Assembly: GCF_021028975.2 (NCBI RefSeq)
Contig: NC_059432.1
Span: 72,540,001-72,604,000, forward strand
Reading direction: 5' to 3'
Source: Sphaerodactylus townsendi
Lineage: Eukaryota
Length of the DNA stretch: 64,000 nt
In this document: positions 27,384 through 38,296 of the stretch, piece by piece
Position numbering within the stretch: the first letter of the stretch is position 1
Layout: every line of letters starts with the position of its first letter
Program-made: the position numbers and the translations under genes
Notes under the pieces: generated by a model
Databases searched by the model: none
What the model saw: only the letters and a program-made list of their open reading frames with translations
What the model was told of the DNA's origin: nothing

Positions 27384-27632
27384 TACAGTGCACAAGCTTT
27401 TGAGCATAATTTCTAAATAGAGCCTCCATGTTCAGAGGCAGTGTATCCCCACTTGAGGGAGAGATAAAAATTTCTCATGATCTCAAAAGTCTACAAAATG
27501 GGATAAAAAAAGAGAAATTATGAAGGATCAAATCTCATCCGTCATCCGTAATATCTCAACAAACCCTCCTTGTTCATAGGCAGTGTATCTGTAAATACCA
27601 GTTGCCGGAGAGGGGAAAAGGCGGTGAGGTAA

Positions 27633-27815
27633 NNNNNNNNNNNNNNNNNNNNNNNNNNNNNNNNNNNNNNNNNNNNNNNNNNNNNNNNNNNNNNNNNNNN
27701 NNNNNNNNNNNNNNNNNNNNNNNNNNNNNNNNNNNNNNNNNNNNNNNNNNNNNNNNNNNNNNNNNNNNNNNNNNNNNNNNNNNNNNNNNNNNNNNNNNNN
27801 NNNNNNNNNNNNNNN
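27633..27815. other. Assembly gap (183 N)
   Basis: Run of N abutting the 3' tail of an L2 LINE. Confidence 1.
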
Positions 27816-29875
27816 CCGCCCTCCCCCTGAGGGCTCAGGGCGGTTCACAACAGGTTAAAACAAACATTAAAACATAATTTAAATATCAATTATATAAAAA
27901 CAGAACCCATTTTAAAATGTGGATGGCGTCTGACTACTCCCCTCCCCCCCTTGTGCCCACGGGAGGCCAGATGACATGGTAGATGTATTTTTTTTTAACC
28001 AGACTGGCCAAATGCCTGACAGAACAGGTCTGTCTTGCAGGCCCTGTGGAAACGCTGTAAGTCCTGCAAAGGCCCTGCCCCTCGTCGAGGCCAGCCTGAT
28101 CATTTTGGGACCAGGGATCACAAGTAGGGGAGGGGCCTACCAGGGCAATATGGGGAGAGGCGGTCCCTCAGGTATGCAGGTTCGAGACCGCGAACCGCTT
28201 TGAAGGTCAAAACCAACACTTTAAACATAATCCGGAACTCAATCAGCAGCCAGTGCAGATGGTATAGGATCAATGTAATTTGATCCCTGCTCAAACTGCC
28301 AGTAAGCAGCCTGGCTGCTACATTCTGAATGAGTTTTAATTTCCGGATCATGGCCAAAGGCAAGCCCGCGTAGTGCGAGTTGCAGTAGTCTAACCTGGAG
28401 GTGACCGTTGCATGGATCACCGTTGCTAGATCAGAACGGGCCAGTTGCCGCGGATGGTAAAAAGCCATCTGGGCCACCCGGGTGACCTGGGCCTTCAACG
28501 ACAAAGCCGGATCCAGGATCACCCCATGGCTTTTGGCCGATGAGGCAAGCTGAAGCGCCTCACCATGCAGCATAGGCAGGCCAAAGGACTCCGGACACTC
28601 TCCCCAACCCAGCCACAGGACCTCCGTCTTTGTAGGATTTAACTTCAGCCAACTCGCACTCAACCAACCAGCAACAGTGTCTAAACAACGCTGGAGAGCA
28701 TCAAGGGCCAAAGACGGGTGGCCCTCCATCATGAACATGAGCTGTGTGTCATCTGCATATTGATGGCACTGCAGCCCAAAACTCCGGACTAAACCTGCCA
28801 GGGGTGCATGTAGATGTTAAAGAGCATCGGGGAGAGGATCGCCCCCTGCGGCACCCCATAAATCCCCCTGACGCCACCTGCAGTCCCCGGTCTTGGAGAA
28901 ATGAAGTCAGCCAACACAAGGTTGACCCCTGCACTCCAATACCAGTGAGGCGGTGGACCAAAAGGTCATGATCTACCACATTGAACCCTGCAGTGAGATC
29001 TAATAACACCAGCAGGGCCGAACCACCTCTGTCCAAGTGAAGCCGAGTTCGTCCATGATGGCAACCAACACCGTCTCAGTCCCATGACCAGCGCGGAAGC
29101 TGGATTGGAAGGGATCCAATATGTTTGCATCATCCAGGAACCGCTGGAACTGCTCCGCCACTGCTCACTCAATTACCTTACCCAGAAACGGAAGATTAGA
29201 AACTGGGCGGTAATTGGCCGGATCCCGAGGATCTAACAGCGGTCTTTTCAGGAGCGGGCAGACCACTGCCTCTTTAAGTCGACCTGGGAAAACTCCTTGC
29301 TCAAGGGAGTTGTTGACAATATCCAACAGGTGGCTCCATAGCTCCTCCCTGCTAGCTTTCACCAACCAGGAAGGGCATGGGTCAAAAGGACAAGTGGTAG
29401 ATCGTACAGCATCCAGTATCCTGTCCACATCCGTCGGGTCAAGTGGGCTGAAGTGGTCCAAACAAGGACCCAAAGATGGCCAAGGGGCCTCCAGTTCACT
29501 TACTGTGTCAATTGTAGCGGGAAGGGATTGGTGGAGAGGCAGAACTTTGTGTGTGAAGTAGTCCGCAAATGCCTCACAGCTTAATGCCAGTTCATTTCTT
29601 TTAGGACCTATGGATGAGGTTGTAAGTATCTGAATTACATTGAACAATTGTGCCGGGCGCGAACTAGCCGTAGCGATAGTGGAAGCGAAATATGTCCGCT
29701 TCGCATCCTTCACTGCACTCTCATAAGACCTCATAAACAATCTATACAAGTGTCGAAACTCCTCGTCAAGTAACCGCCGCCACCCTCGCTCTAGCCGTCT
29801 CAGATCCCGCTTCATCCTTCTCAGCTCCTCAGTATACCAGGGAGCTGGGTTGGCACGGGTACGGAGAGGGCGCCT
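27816..29875 (-). mobile_element. 5'-truncated L2-clade LINE, ORF2 reverse transcriptase with frameshifts
   Basis: ORF pieces with NYRPVSNLPFLGKVIE, LVLLDLTAGF, QYADDTQL (about 28742-28765), LKLNPTKTE, TSRLDYCNS; L2-type 3' tail at the gap. Confidence 0.93.
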
Positions 29876-31199
29876 ATGGTCCAGTGGCTGCTTTCATTGT
29901 GATACCTGAAGTTCTGGCAGTGTGTTGTGTTGTCCTATCTCTGCCACTATTTCCTCTTTTCTTCCACTGTGGGCAAATCAAGTGGAGTTTGACTCTTTCA
30001 TGCATTGAGAAGGCAAAATCAAAACAAAAAAAACAGCCCTCTCTTGGATGGATCAGGTGGGATCTGAACAACCTTTGAAAGATTCCTGATGCCTTTGGCT
30101 GCCTGTTCCTTGACTAGTGCATACAGCTTGTTGTGCATTCTGTACGCAGATAATGAGTCCAAAGCAACAAGCTTGCAAACCATACTCGCCTTTTAATTGT
30201 CTCCCTTGCCTTTTTGGCACCTGTGGCTACGAAGTGTCTCTGTGTAATAATGAGGTTTGCTGGGACAGTCTTCAAGTTTTCTGCTCCCCCCATGGCCCCC
30301 ACACCACCACCCTGTGACCCATTTACCCTAGCCAGGGGTGGGGTCTGGTGCGGCAGGGCTGGGCAGGGACGGATGCATTGGCCTCCGCCACCCTGGTGTG
30401 GCAGGGGTGTGTGCAGTGGCCTCCATCAGCTCTGGTGGGGTGGGGCTGGGTGAGGCTGCCCCGGCAGTGACCTCTACTGGGCCTGGTGGGGCAAGGCGAG
30501 GGGGAGGAGGAGGGGTGTGGGGGTGATTTTCTGCCCCCCACATGACCCTAATGGTGGCTGCCCGGGGCATCTGTCCCCATTCTGCCCTGCGGAAGCTACG
30601 CCACTGGTTGCCAGTCTTGAAGGGACGTCACAGGAAAGTGCAATGAAGAGGAATACAACCAGCATTTCCAAGAGCGAAGGAAAGAGCCCAAGTGGGGATA
30701 CGCAACCAATATATACCCCCAAATGGGTCCTGAGGTAGTATGAGGTAAGCTTTCAGAAAACCCATACACAAGGAATTGATTACTTTTCTGGGGTTTCAAC
30801 AAAAAGATAGGAGAGCCTTGATGAGTCCTCAGGACCCAAGAAGATGCCTGTACTATTCCCTTTAATACTGTCTGATTGATGGGATGGGTGGAAATAAGGT
30901 AAGACATCCTAAGTATGGGGGAAAGGGATCTTGGAGTCAAACGCTGCACAACTTCTTCCCCAAGATGTTCGCAGGACACCTTATTCTGCTCGAGCCGTCC
31001 TATTTTGAGGATGCAAAATTATCACACACACACCCCTCCAAATCATCTGCAAGTCATCTCCTCTTGCTTTGCAGAGCTCAGAAGATGAGGAGACGTCTTA
31101 TTTTTCCCACCTATTTGTGTCGTGCAGAGTGGACCACTATTGGATTGCCATAAATCAGCTGTGACTTGATGGCACATTATACACATATCACACATGTAG

Positions 31200-31460
31200 A
31201 CAGCCAGTATGGTGTAGCGGTTAAGATGCCAGACTAGGATCCGGTTCAAACCCCCCTTGCTGAGTCAACAAAGTGCCCTTGGCCAAGTCACATACTCTCT
31301 GCCTCAATCCTGGCAAGTATTTGCATGGGAGACCTCCAAGGAATATCAGGGGTATGATGCAGAAACAGGCAATGGCAAACCACAACAGAAAGTCTGTCAT
31401 TTTAAAAACCCTAGAGTTCACCATACGTCAGCTGTGACTTGACAGCAAAACACACACAAA
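31200..31460 (+). mobile_element. SINE with tRNA-like head, 5S box-C-like segment and RTE-like tail
   Basis: ggtgtagcggttaag...ggttcaaaccc head; agtatttgcatgggagacc; cagctgtgacttgac + (AC)n tail. Confidence 0.6.
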
Positions 31461-32046
31461 CTTGTACTAATTCATTTTATCCTAAGTGTATTTGTGGCTT
31501 GGTTGCTTGAGACATGCTAGACTTTTCTTTATGGTGTCTGCTTTCTTCTGAATCTTGCTGAACTTTCCCTCTGGCCTTGGTCCACCAAGGCATGTTGGGC
31601 ATATTGTTATCGAAACATCATCTTTGATTGCTCCTCAGATTCACTGCCTCCTTTCATTGTTACCTGTACACCCTCCTGTTTGCTGAGGCCTTACTGTAAT
31701 TAGGCAGTACTGGCAATAAGGTTTAGGTTGCAGAAATCCATAGCAAACAACACTGAGTTAATTTTAATGGAGTTGGGTTGTTGTTGCTCTTACAGCCTAA
31801 ATTCAGAGCCAGCATTTTCTGTATGTTGTCTTTACGAGGATGAAGATGAAAAAATAAATTAGGAAACTTTCACTGCATTTCAGGTAAAAAGGAAGTTAAA
31901 TGATTGGGAATTTCCCATTTGAGCCTCACAAACACTTTGGGTCTTCTCATTCATGCCAGCTAGCAGAACTTAGTGAATCTGAAGCCAAAATGAAATTCTT
32001 CCTGTAATGGGCTGGCGAGAAGGGAGGGATTGAGCCAGCAGCAGCT

Positions 32047-32260
32047 ATTGGGAAACAAGGAAGGGCAAACACAGTTGGGTCATTGCTTCTGCTAACATTG
32101 CAGAATCCACTGTCTATAAAAGGCATCGTTGTTGAGGCAAAAGCTGTCACAGACACTGGGGAGCAGTCTGTGACAGACACCTCGGCAACACCTGTGTGAA
32201 AGCCTAAGGAGGAAAAGATGAAACTGGTCTTCCAAGTCACAGTTGGGCTGCTGGGTAAGA
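32047..32260 (+). promoter_or_regulatory. Orphan TATA promoter with a candidate 37-nt leader exon (MKLVFQVTVGLL-, phase 1)
   Basis: ATTGG 32047-32051, TATAAAAG 32115-32122, first downstream ATG at 32218 with A at -3, G|GTAAGA donor at 32255. Confidence 0.4.
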
Positions 32261-32468
32261 AACTTCAGACTTGAACGATTGAAGTGGGAAGTCAAAAGAA
32301 CTTGCAAGACAGAATTAGAGAGCGAACTTTTCAAATGGGCTTTCAGGGAAAGGCAAATCTGTGAAGCAGTGCTGTGAATACAGCACTCCTTTTTAAAGGA
32401 CGAAAGGAAAAGACAGAGCCACTGACAGCAAACCTTTAAAATACGCAAACCTACAATTTCTTCTAGAG

Positions 32469-33047
32469 CAGGGGTAGGGAACCTTTAACACTCAAAGAGC
32501 CATTTGGACCCGTTTTCCACGGGAAAAGAAAACACTTGGAGCCGCAAATAATTTTTGACATTTAAAATAAAGATAACACTGTATATATTGGGTTTTTTTA
32601 CCTTTTACTCCACTCATTCTGAGAAGCGCATGGATGCGCCCGCCCTGCTGTCTGCAGGGCAGGCAAGGATGGGGCCAGCGGCTTGGCCTTGCCGGCCGCC
32701 GGGAAAGTGCCCGCCTCGCTCGAACGGGGTGGGCGAGAGGGGAAGCCCACGGCACTGCCCAGCTGGCCACGTGCAATTGGTGCACCTGCCCTGCTCCCTG
32801 CAGGGCAGGCAAGGATGAAGCCAGCGGCTCGGCCTTGCCGGCCACCGGGAAAGCGCCCACCCCGCTCCAATGGAGCAGGCGAGAGGGGAAGCCTGCGGCG
32901 CGGCCCAGCCATCCGCGGGCAGTTGGTGCGCCCGCCCTGCTGCCTGCAGGGCAGGCAAGGATGAAGCCGGCGGCTCGGCTCGTGGAGCCGCAGTGCAAGG
33001 GCAGAAAAGCTGCATGCGGCTCTCGAGCCGCAGGTTCCCTACCCCTG
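32469..33047. mobile_element. Young non-autonomous hAT element with an internal 146-bp GC-rich tandem repeat
   Basis: Perfect 16-bp TIR CAGGGGTAGGGAACCT, perfect TSD ttctagag; repeat anchor ctgcagggcaggcaaggatg at 32652, 32798 and 32944. Confidence 0.92.
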
Positions 33048-34093
33048 TTCTAGAGACTTCAGTTGGTTAAGATGTCATTTTAACTAGCATCACAGCAATT
33101 GCTATCTTTATTGGGAGGTTGGCTTGATCCCAGAAGTCTGCTGCCCTTCATGCATGTGCTTATTGGGGCCCACATCAAGAAGGCTGAGTTTAAACAAATG
33201 CTGACCTTTAAACCCAGGTCTCTTTCTCCGAACGTACTATATGCTTACTTAACTATATGCTTAAAGTGAATAGCAGGATAGGGGCTGAATGAGTATTTGC
33301 TGCAGGTAATTCAAGAAAGGACAATTTTGCCGTCATGCTCTTTAACTAGGAAAAGCTGGTGTGGCACAAGTAAGTTTTCTGCTCATTGTTTGTCAAATTA
33401 ATGCACATGCAGGGTGAAAAGTATTTGTAGGGAAGAATTGGCAGAGAGAGCTGGGTTGTCTAACCCTTGTTGGATCAGTTAATTTTGCTCTGACAATATA
33501 CCTCACCAGTTTCTACACCTGGGATCAAAATGGTTTGTGAATAATCCCCTGTAATCCCTGCCCAAACTTCTGCTTTAGCACTATGAGGAAAACATGTTGT
33601 TCTCAGACGAACTGTGCTGAGTCAGCTCTCGTTCTATTTGAGTGTTAGGATTTGAGTCTTGGAAACATGCTGGAGCCATGAGCCAGCATCTTCCCTCTGA
33701 TACAGAAATACTGAGGAATGTCAGATTAACCCCTTATATTTGAACAGCTTGGTTAAGTTTTTGCTTTCCTAAATAGACTAAGAGCCATTCACATGCTTCT
33801 TTCAACCTGGAAAGATTCCGTTTTCAGATGATGACTTTCAGGCTGAGGTAGGGGGATGCATGCTGTGTTGTGCGGCCAGCATGGACTGGCTTCTGATACT
33901 TGATCACGAAGTCATCCCCACCAGTAGACTTTGGGTTGCATTAAAAGCAGCGGACACGGACCTATCAGTTCTCAAGCCCCACTAAAATGAGCTGGATTTG
34001 TGCAAGATCGCAGGGCTCTTGTTCAGTCTTATTTCATTGGTGAGCATTTGTGTGCGTGGGAGAGCCATCTGGATTTTCTGTTCCAAGCTCCAA

Positions 34094-34383
34094 AGCAGTG
34101 GTGTAGTGGTTAAGAGCAGGTGCACTGTAATCTGGAGAACCGGGTTTGATTCCCTGCTCTGCCACTTGAGCTGTAGAGGCTTATCTGGGGAACTAGATTA
34201 GCTTGTGCACTCCAACACATGCCAGCTGGGTGACCTTGGGCTAGTCACAGCTCTTTGGAGCTCTCTCAGCCCCACCCACCTCACAGGGTGCTTGTTGGAG
34301 GGAAAGGAAAGGAGATTGTAAGCCCCTTTGAGTCTCCTTACAGGAGGGAAAGAGTGGGGGGTTATAAATCCAAACTCTTCTTC
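34094..34383 (+). mobile_element. tRNA-derived SINE with L2-like tail
   Basis: A box ggtgtagtggttaag, B box gggtttgattccc, tail tgtaagcccctttgag...ataaatccaaactcttcttc. Confidence 0.85.
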
Positions 34384-34586
34384 AAAATATGTTAAGAGTG
34401 TCCCTCCTTGTTTATAACTACTGTTTTGGTGGATTTGTGACTGATGGTGCAATCCTAAACAGAGCCGGTACCCCTCCATGGTTAGCCCATTGACTTCAAT
34501 GGACTGAGAGGGTATAACTGTGCACAGGATTGGACTGTGAGTGTCAAAAAGGAGTATGCTGCTGATAGTATGTGCCATCTGTGGTC

Positions 34587-34810
34587 AGAAGTCGATCTAT
34601 GGCTACCAATCTTGATCTGCCTTGATCTCAGATTGCAAATGCCTTAGCAGACCAGGTGCTCAAGAGCAGCAGCAGCAGAAGGCCATTGCTTTCACCTCCT
34701 GCATGTGAGCTCCCAAAGGCACCTAGTGGGCCACTGCGAGTAGCAGAGTGCTGGACTAGATGGACTCTGGTCTGATCCAGCAGGCTAGTTCTTATGTTCT
34801 TATGTTCTTA
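34587..34810 (+). mobile_element. CR1 LINE 3' end
   Basis: ctggactagatggac...tctgatccagca followed by a (GTTCTTAT)n tail. Confidence 0.8.
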
Positions 34811-35828
34811 TATAGTTGGCTTTGGTTGTGGTAGAAGAGCTGGAAGTCATCACAGACTGAAGAAAAGCTTCAGTTATCATGATGGACTGAAACAGGCATG
34901 TGCATTGACCCTAAATAGTAAAACAGTCTAAAATATGAAATATGCACAATAGTAATATAAATAGGGGCCCATATGTGCAAGACCCCAGGCCACACTGCAG
35001 TTGTTGAGTGAAAGCACCAAATTTTAGTAGACAAAGTCTGAAGTCAAATGATGCAGCAGCCTTGCAGAAGCTCAGCAGGTAAAGGTCTGGTCAATGTCTA
35101 CATGGCCTGAAGATCCTACGACATCACCTTGACTTTCATGGGGAAAGGATGGGATGGAAACAGAATGAACTACCCAAAGAGAAAAAGCTAATCTGACAAG
35201 ATAACTGTAATTTAAAAATACATATCTGGTTATGTAGCTATGCTATGTAGACATATAGCGATGGCTCACACTTTGGAATCTTATCTTAACAGCAGTGATT
35301 TTTGTGGCCAGAGAGTGCGTTTGTGTTCCACCCAGTTTTGCCATAAATCTTAGTCAAAACAATGCAAAGTAATCTAGCTGTGTAAGAATCTGAGGAACTG
35401 AAACTTGAATTCCCAGCAATTTTTCCTAGCAGAAGCAGATATTAGTAGATAACGCAGTTATCTCTCCAACTTACAATCTGTTAAGGGCCTTTAAAGGTGG
35501 CCAGTTTTTTAGCACGACATTCATACAGTTATTTCATTGCTACACAGTTCTATCAGTTGTCTACTTTGGGATAATGCAGTCTCCTCTGCAAAAGAATATT
35601 CATGGCTGTGATACTGGGGAAAATTTGATTGTCTAAACACCATGGCTGCTTAGTGACAATTCCCTGTGATGTCATTTGTGGCAGCAGCATAACTTTCCCC
35701 CTTTGCATCATTTACTTGATGTACATCACTCTCTGCCCATGGGGAAAAACATATAGTCACCTTTTTCTTTAAACTTAGCTTTATAGGGGGATAGAACAAT
35801 GGGAGAAAAAGGAGGTGGAAGCAGGAAA

Positions 35829-36410
35829 ATGGCAACGGTAGGGACGACGTCGGTGGCACTAACGACAGCGGCAAGACGAGGCGATGGTGGCAGCAGCAGG
35901 GTGAGGCAGTGCATGACTTCGGTGACTCGGTGGCCTGTGCTTTTGCTGGTGGCGACTCTTAGTCTGTTCCAAGTGTCAGCTATGGAAATCTACACACCAC
36001 CGGAGCTCTCTGTGGAGAATGGGACAGAGGCAAAACTGGAGTGCACGTTCACATCAACAGAAGTGATCAGCAGTGCAGCTTCTGTTGCCTGGAGCTTTCA
36101 AGCAGAGGGAGCACCTTCTCCTGTATCATTCTTTTATTATTCCAATGGAAGGGCATATCCTGGGAAATATATACCATTTAAAAACAGAATCAGCTGGTCT
36201 GGAGATCTTAACAAGAAAGATGCATCTATCAGTATAGCAAACACGCGGTTTCAGGACAGTGGCATTTATATCTGTGATGTGAAGAACCCTCCAGATATAG
36301 TTGTCACTCCAGGAGAAATCAGACTCAGAGTTGTGGAGGAAGATGTTAGTTTCTCTGTATTTGAAATGTTTAGTCTATTAAAAATTTTCCTAAGTGTGTG
36401 CTTTGGATAG
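35829..36410 (+). CDS. Intronless MPZL1 (PZR)-derived retrocopy: signal peptide + Ig-V domain + 22-aa hydrophobic tail (193 aa; in-frame upstream ATG at 35799)
   Basis: Close match to recalled MPZL1 (EIYTP..NGTEAKLEC, WSFQ.EGA, RISWSGDLNKKDASI, YICDVKNPPDIVV.PG.IRL.VVE); no introns; AATAAA at 36468-36473. A copy, not the parent locus, so no symbol is given. Confidence 0.88.
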   Translation: MATVGTTSVALTTAARRGDGGSSRVRQCMTSVTRWPVLLLVATLSLFQVSAMEIYTPPELSVENGTEAKLECTFTSTEVISSAASVAWSFQAEGAPSPVSFFYYSNGRAYPGKYIPFKNRISWSGDLNKKDASISIANTRFQDSGIYICDVKNPPDIVVTPGEIRLRVVEEDVSFSVFEMFSLLKIFLSVCFG

Positions 36411-38296
36411 TTTCTGCTGCATTTTGTTAACTGTAATTTCAGATTTCTTTTGTCAGAAAGCAAGTGAAATAAAACCTTTGTGTTAACGAAATTTTTAAGA
36501 CTAATGAGCTAGTTCAAGCCTGCTGGAACGGAATTCTATAGTTGTGGAGTGGTCACTGAAAGGCCTACTTTGTAGATATTTACAGACTGAATTGACGTAA
36601 TGCCATCTTGATCCTTGAAGAGATCATCCATAGGCCCTAATATAAATGTATCACTTCATATCAACATTGTCCTGACTGTAGTTTTATCATCTTATGTGGA
36701 ATGGAGCATAGTTATTGGTGATATTGTTTGTTGTATTATATAATAATTCCCTCTTTTCATCCTCTGAATTCCAGTACAGCTCACCCCTGCCAGTCCTAGT
36801 TTTTTAAAGTAATTGGTGACTGACATTGTATTGTAACAGCAAGTCCAGAGCAACTAGAGCCCCCCCCCACCCCGCCAACATATCCTATAGAGGTAGATGG
36901 AAGCCTTGCTTAGTGTTAATGTCTTTATGCTGCTTTGTAAGTCACCCTAAGGCCAACCTATGGCGCTCCAGATATTCATGGACTACAATTCCCATCAGCC
37001 CCTGCCAGCATGGCCAATTGGATGTCACCTCCCTGCCCTAAGGCTTCAGTTGCTACAAAAATCTCTGAACCAAAAATTTTGGGCTCTAACATAATGTCCT
37101 TTTTAAAAGTGAGCTTCAAAATAAGTTACATTTTTATTATTTTGTAACTGAGCCTGAAAACAATTTTCTTTAGAATGTTATGATTATAATCTGCAGTTTT
37201 TAGAATTCTCTTTTGGGAATTCTGCCCCATAGTAAGTAAAAACTATTCCATATTTTGGTGAAGTCAGGAGTGGGTCTCCAAAGAATTTTCAGCCAGTCCT
37301 TTCTTCACTTTTATAAATATGTTATTTGGGTGAAAAGATACTACTGAAGGGAAAAATCAGGAGGGGCAAATATACTTTCCAGAAAACATTTTTTTAAAAA
37401 AGAAAAGAATAGCTGTAGAAAAATGCCATATAATCTTATTCCTGGTCAAGAAGTTGAAATTCAATAAGGATCAATTAAGAATTAATGACACACTTAAAAC
37501 ACTATGATTATATCATGGTCACAAAACCCTTGATTCCTTATGATCCCACTCATATTCTCATTTTCAGTATTGGTTCCCTGGTAGATGTAAAGATTAGGCA
37601 CTATCCAGTAGGTAGCAGGCCCCAGCTAGCAATGTTTTGAATTCTCATAAAAACTTCACAAGACCTCTAAACACATTATCCATCAGAAGTAGGTACAGTG
37701 AAGGGATACTTTTCCATGCTTGGTATGTTTTTAAAAATAAATGTAGGAATTTTGGTCTGTTTGAAATGGAAATTGAATGAGCCTATGATAATTTTGGTAT
37801 TTTTGTTCTCTATTTGACTTCTGAGGGGGGGAAATCCAAGAATAAAAACCAGACAAGACTACAGGGAACAGAATTGTGGAAGTTCAACTATTCTGATGAC
37901 TCTACTTGTATTATTGTACAAATGTTATCATGGGGACTCCTAAGCAAAGTATTGCATGATGAAATCTCTATAATCACATGAAATGGTGTCTGGCATGTTC
38001 TATAGTTCATGAAGTACTTCTTCAACTTGATCATGGATGCAGTTGAGTGCAGTTGAGTATGCACAAGCTTGATTCCTTTAGTTGGAGGACATTTAGTGAG
38101 GCCATGAACTTGTAAACCACCCCTGAGTGCTGTATGTAGATTATGAAAGCTGTAAGGTCAAAGTACATGTCTTTTTCAGTAATGCTGCTCCAACCTATCT
38201 GTAAATCTGCTGTTAGAGATATGGCACCATTTTAATTTTGCCAGGTTTTTTCATCTGCTATAATTTTTAATGAAAATATATTCACAGTCTTGAGCT

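Noticed and set aside
26095-30606. Tip100-like ends at 26095 (CAGAGGCGTAGCT) and 30606 (AGCTACGCCACTG) as one 4.5-kb element
   Set aside because: Flanking 8-mers differ (cttgttct vs gttgccag) and a gap intervenes; more likely two separate fragments
32218-32254. KLVFQVTVG resembles the Tctex1 motif of DYNLT2B, the human neighbour of TM4SF19
   Set aside because: No similarity on either side of these few residues and no other DYNLT2B exons seen
32492-33070. Several long ORFs on both strands
   Set aside because: Caused by the GC-rich tandem repeat inside the hAT element
35799-36410. Ig-V ORF as PDCD1 (expected beside NEU4) or as the true MPZL1 locus
   Set aside because: Sequence is P0-family/MPZL1-like rather than PD-1, and it lacks the parent's introns and TM/ITIM exons
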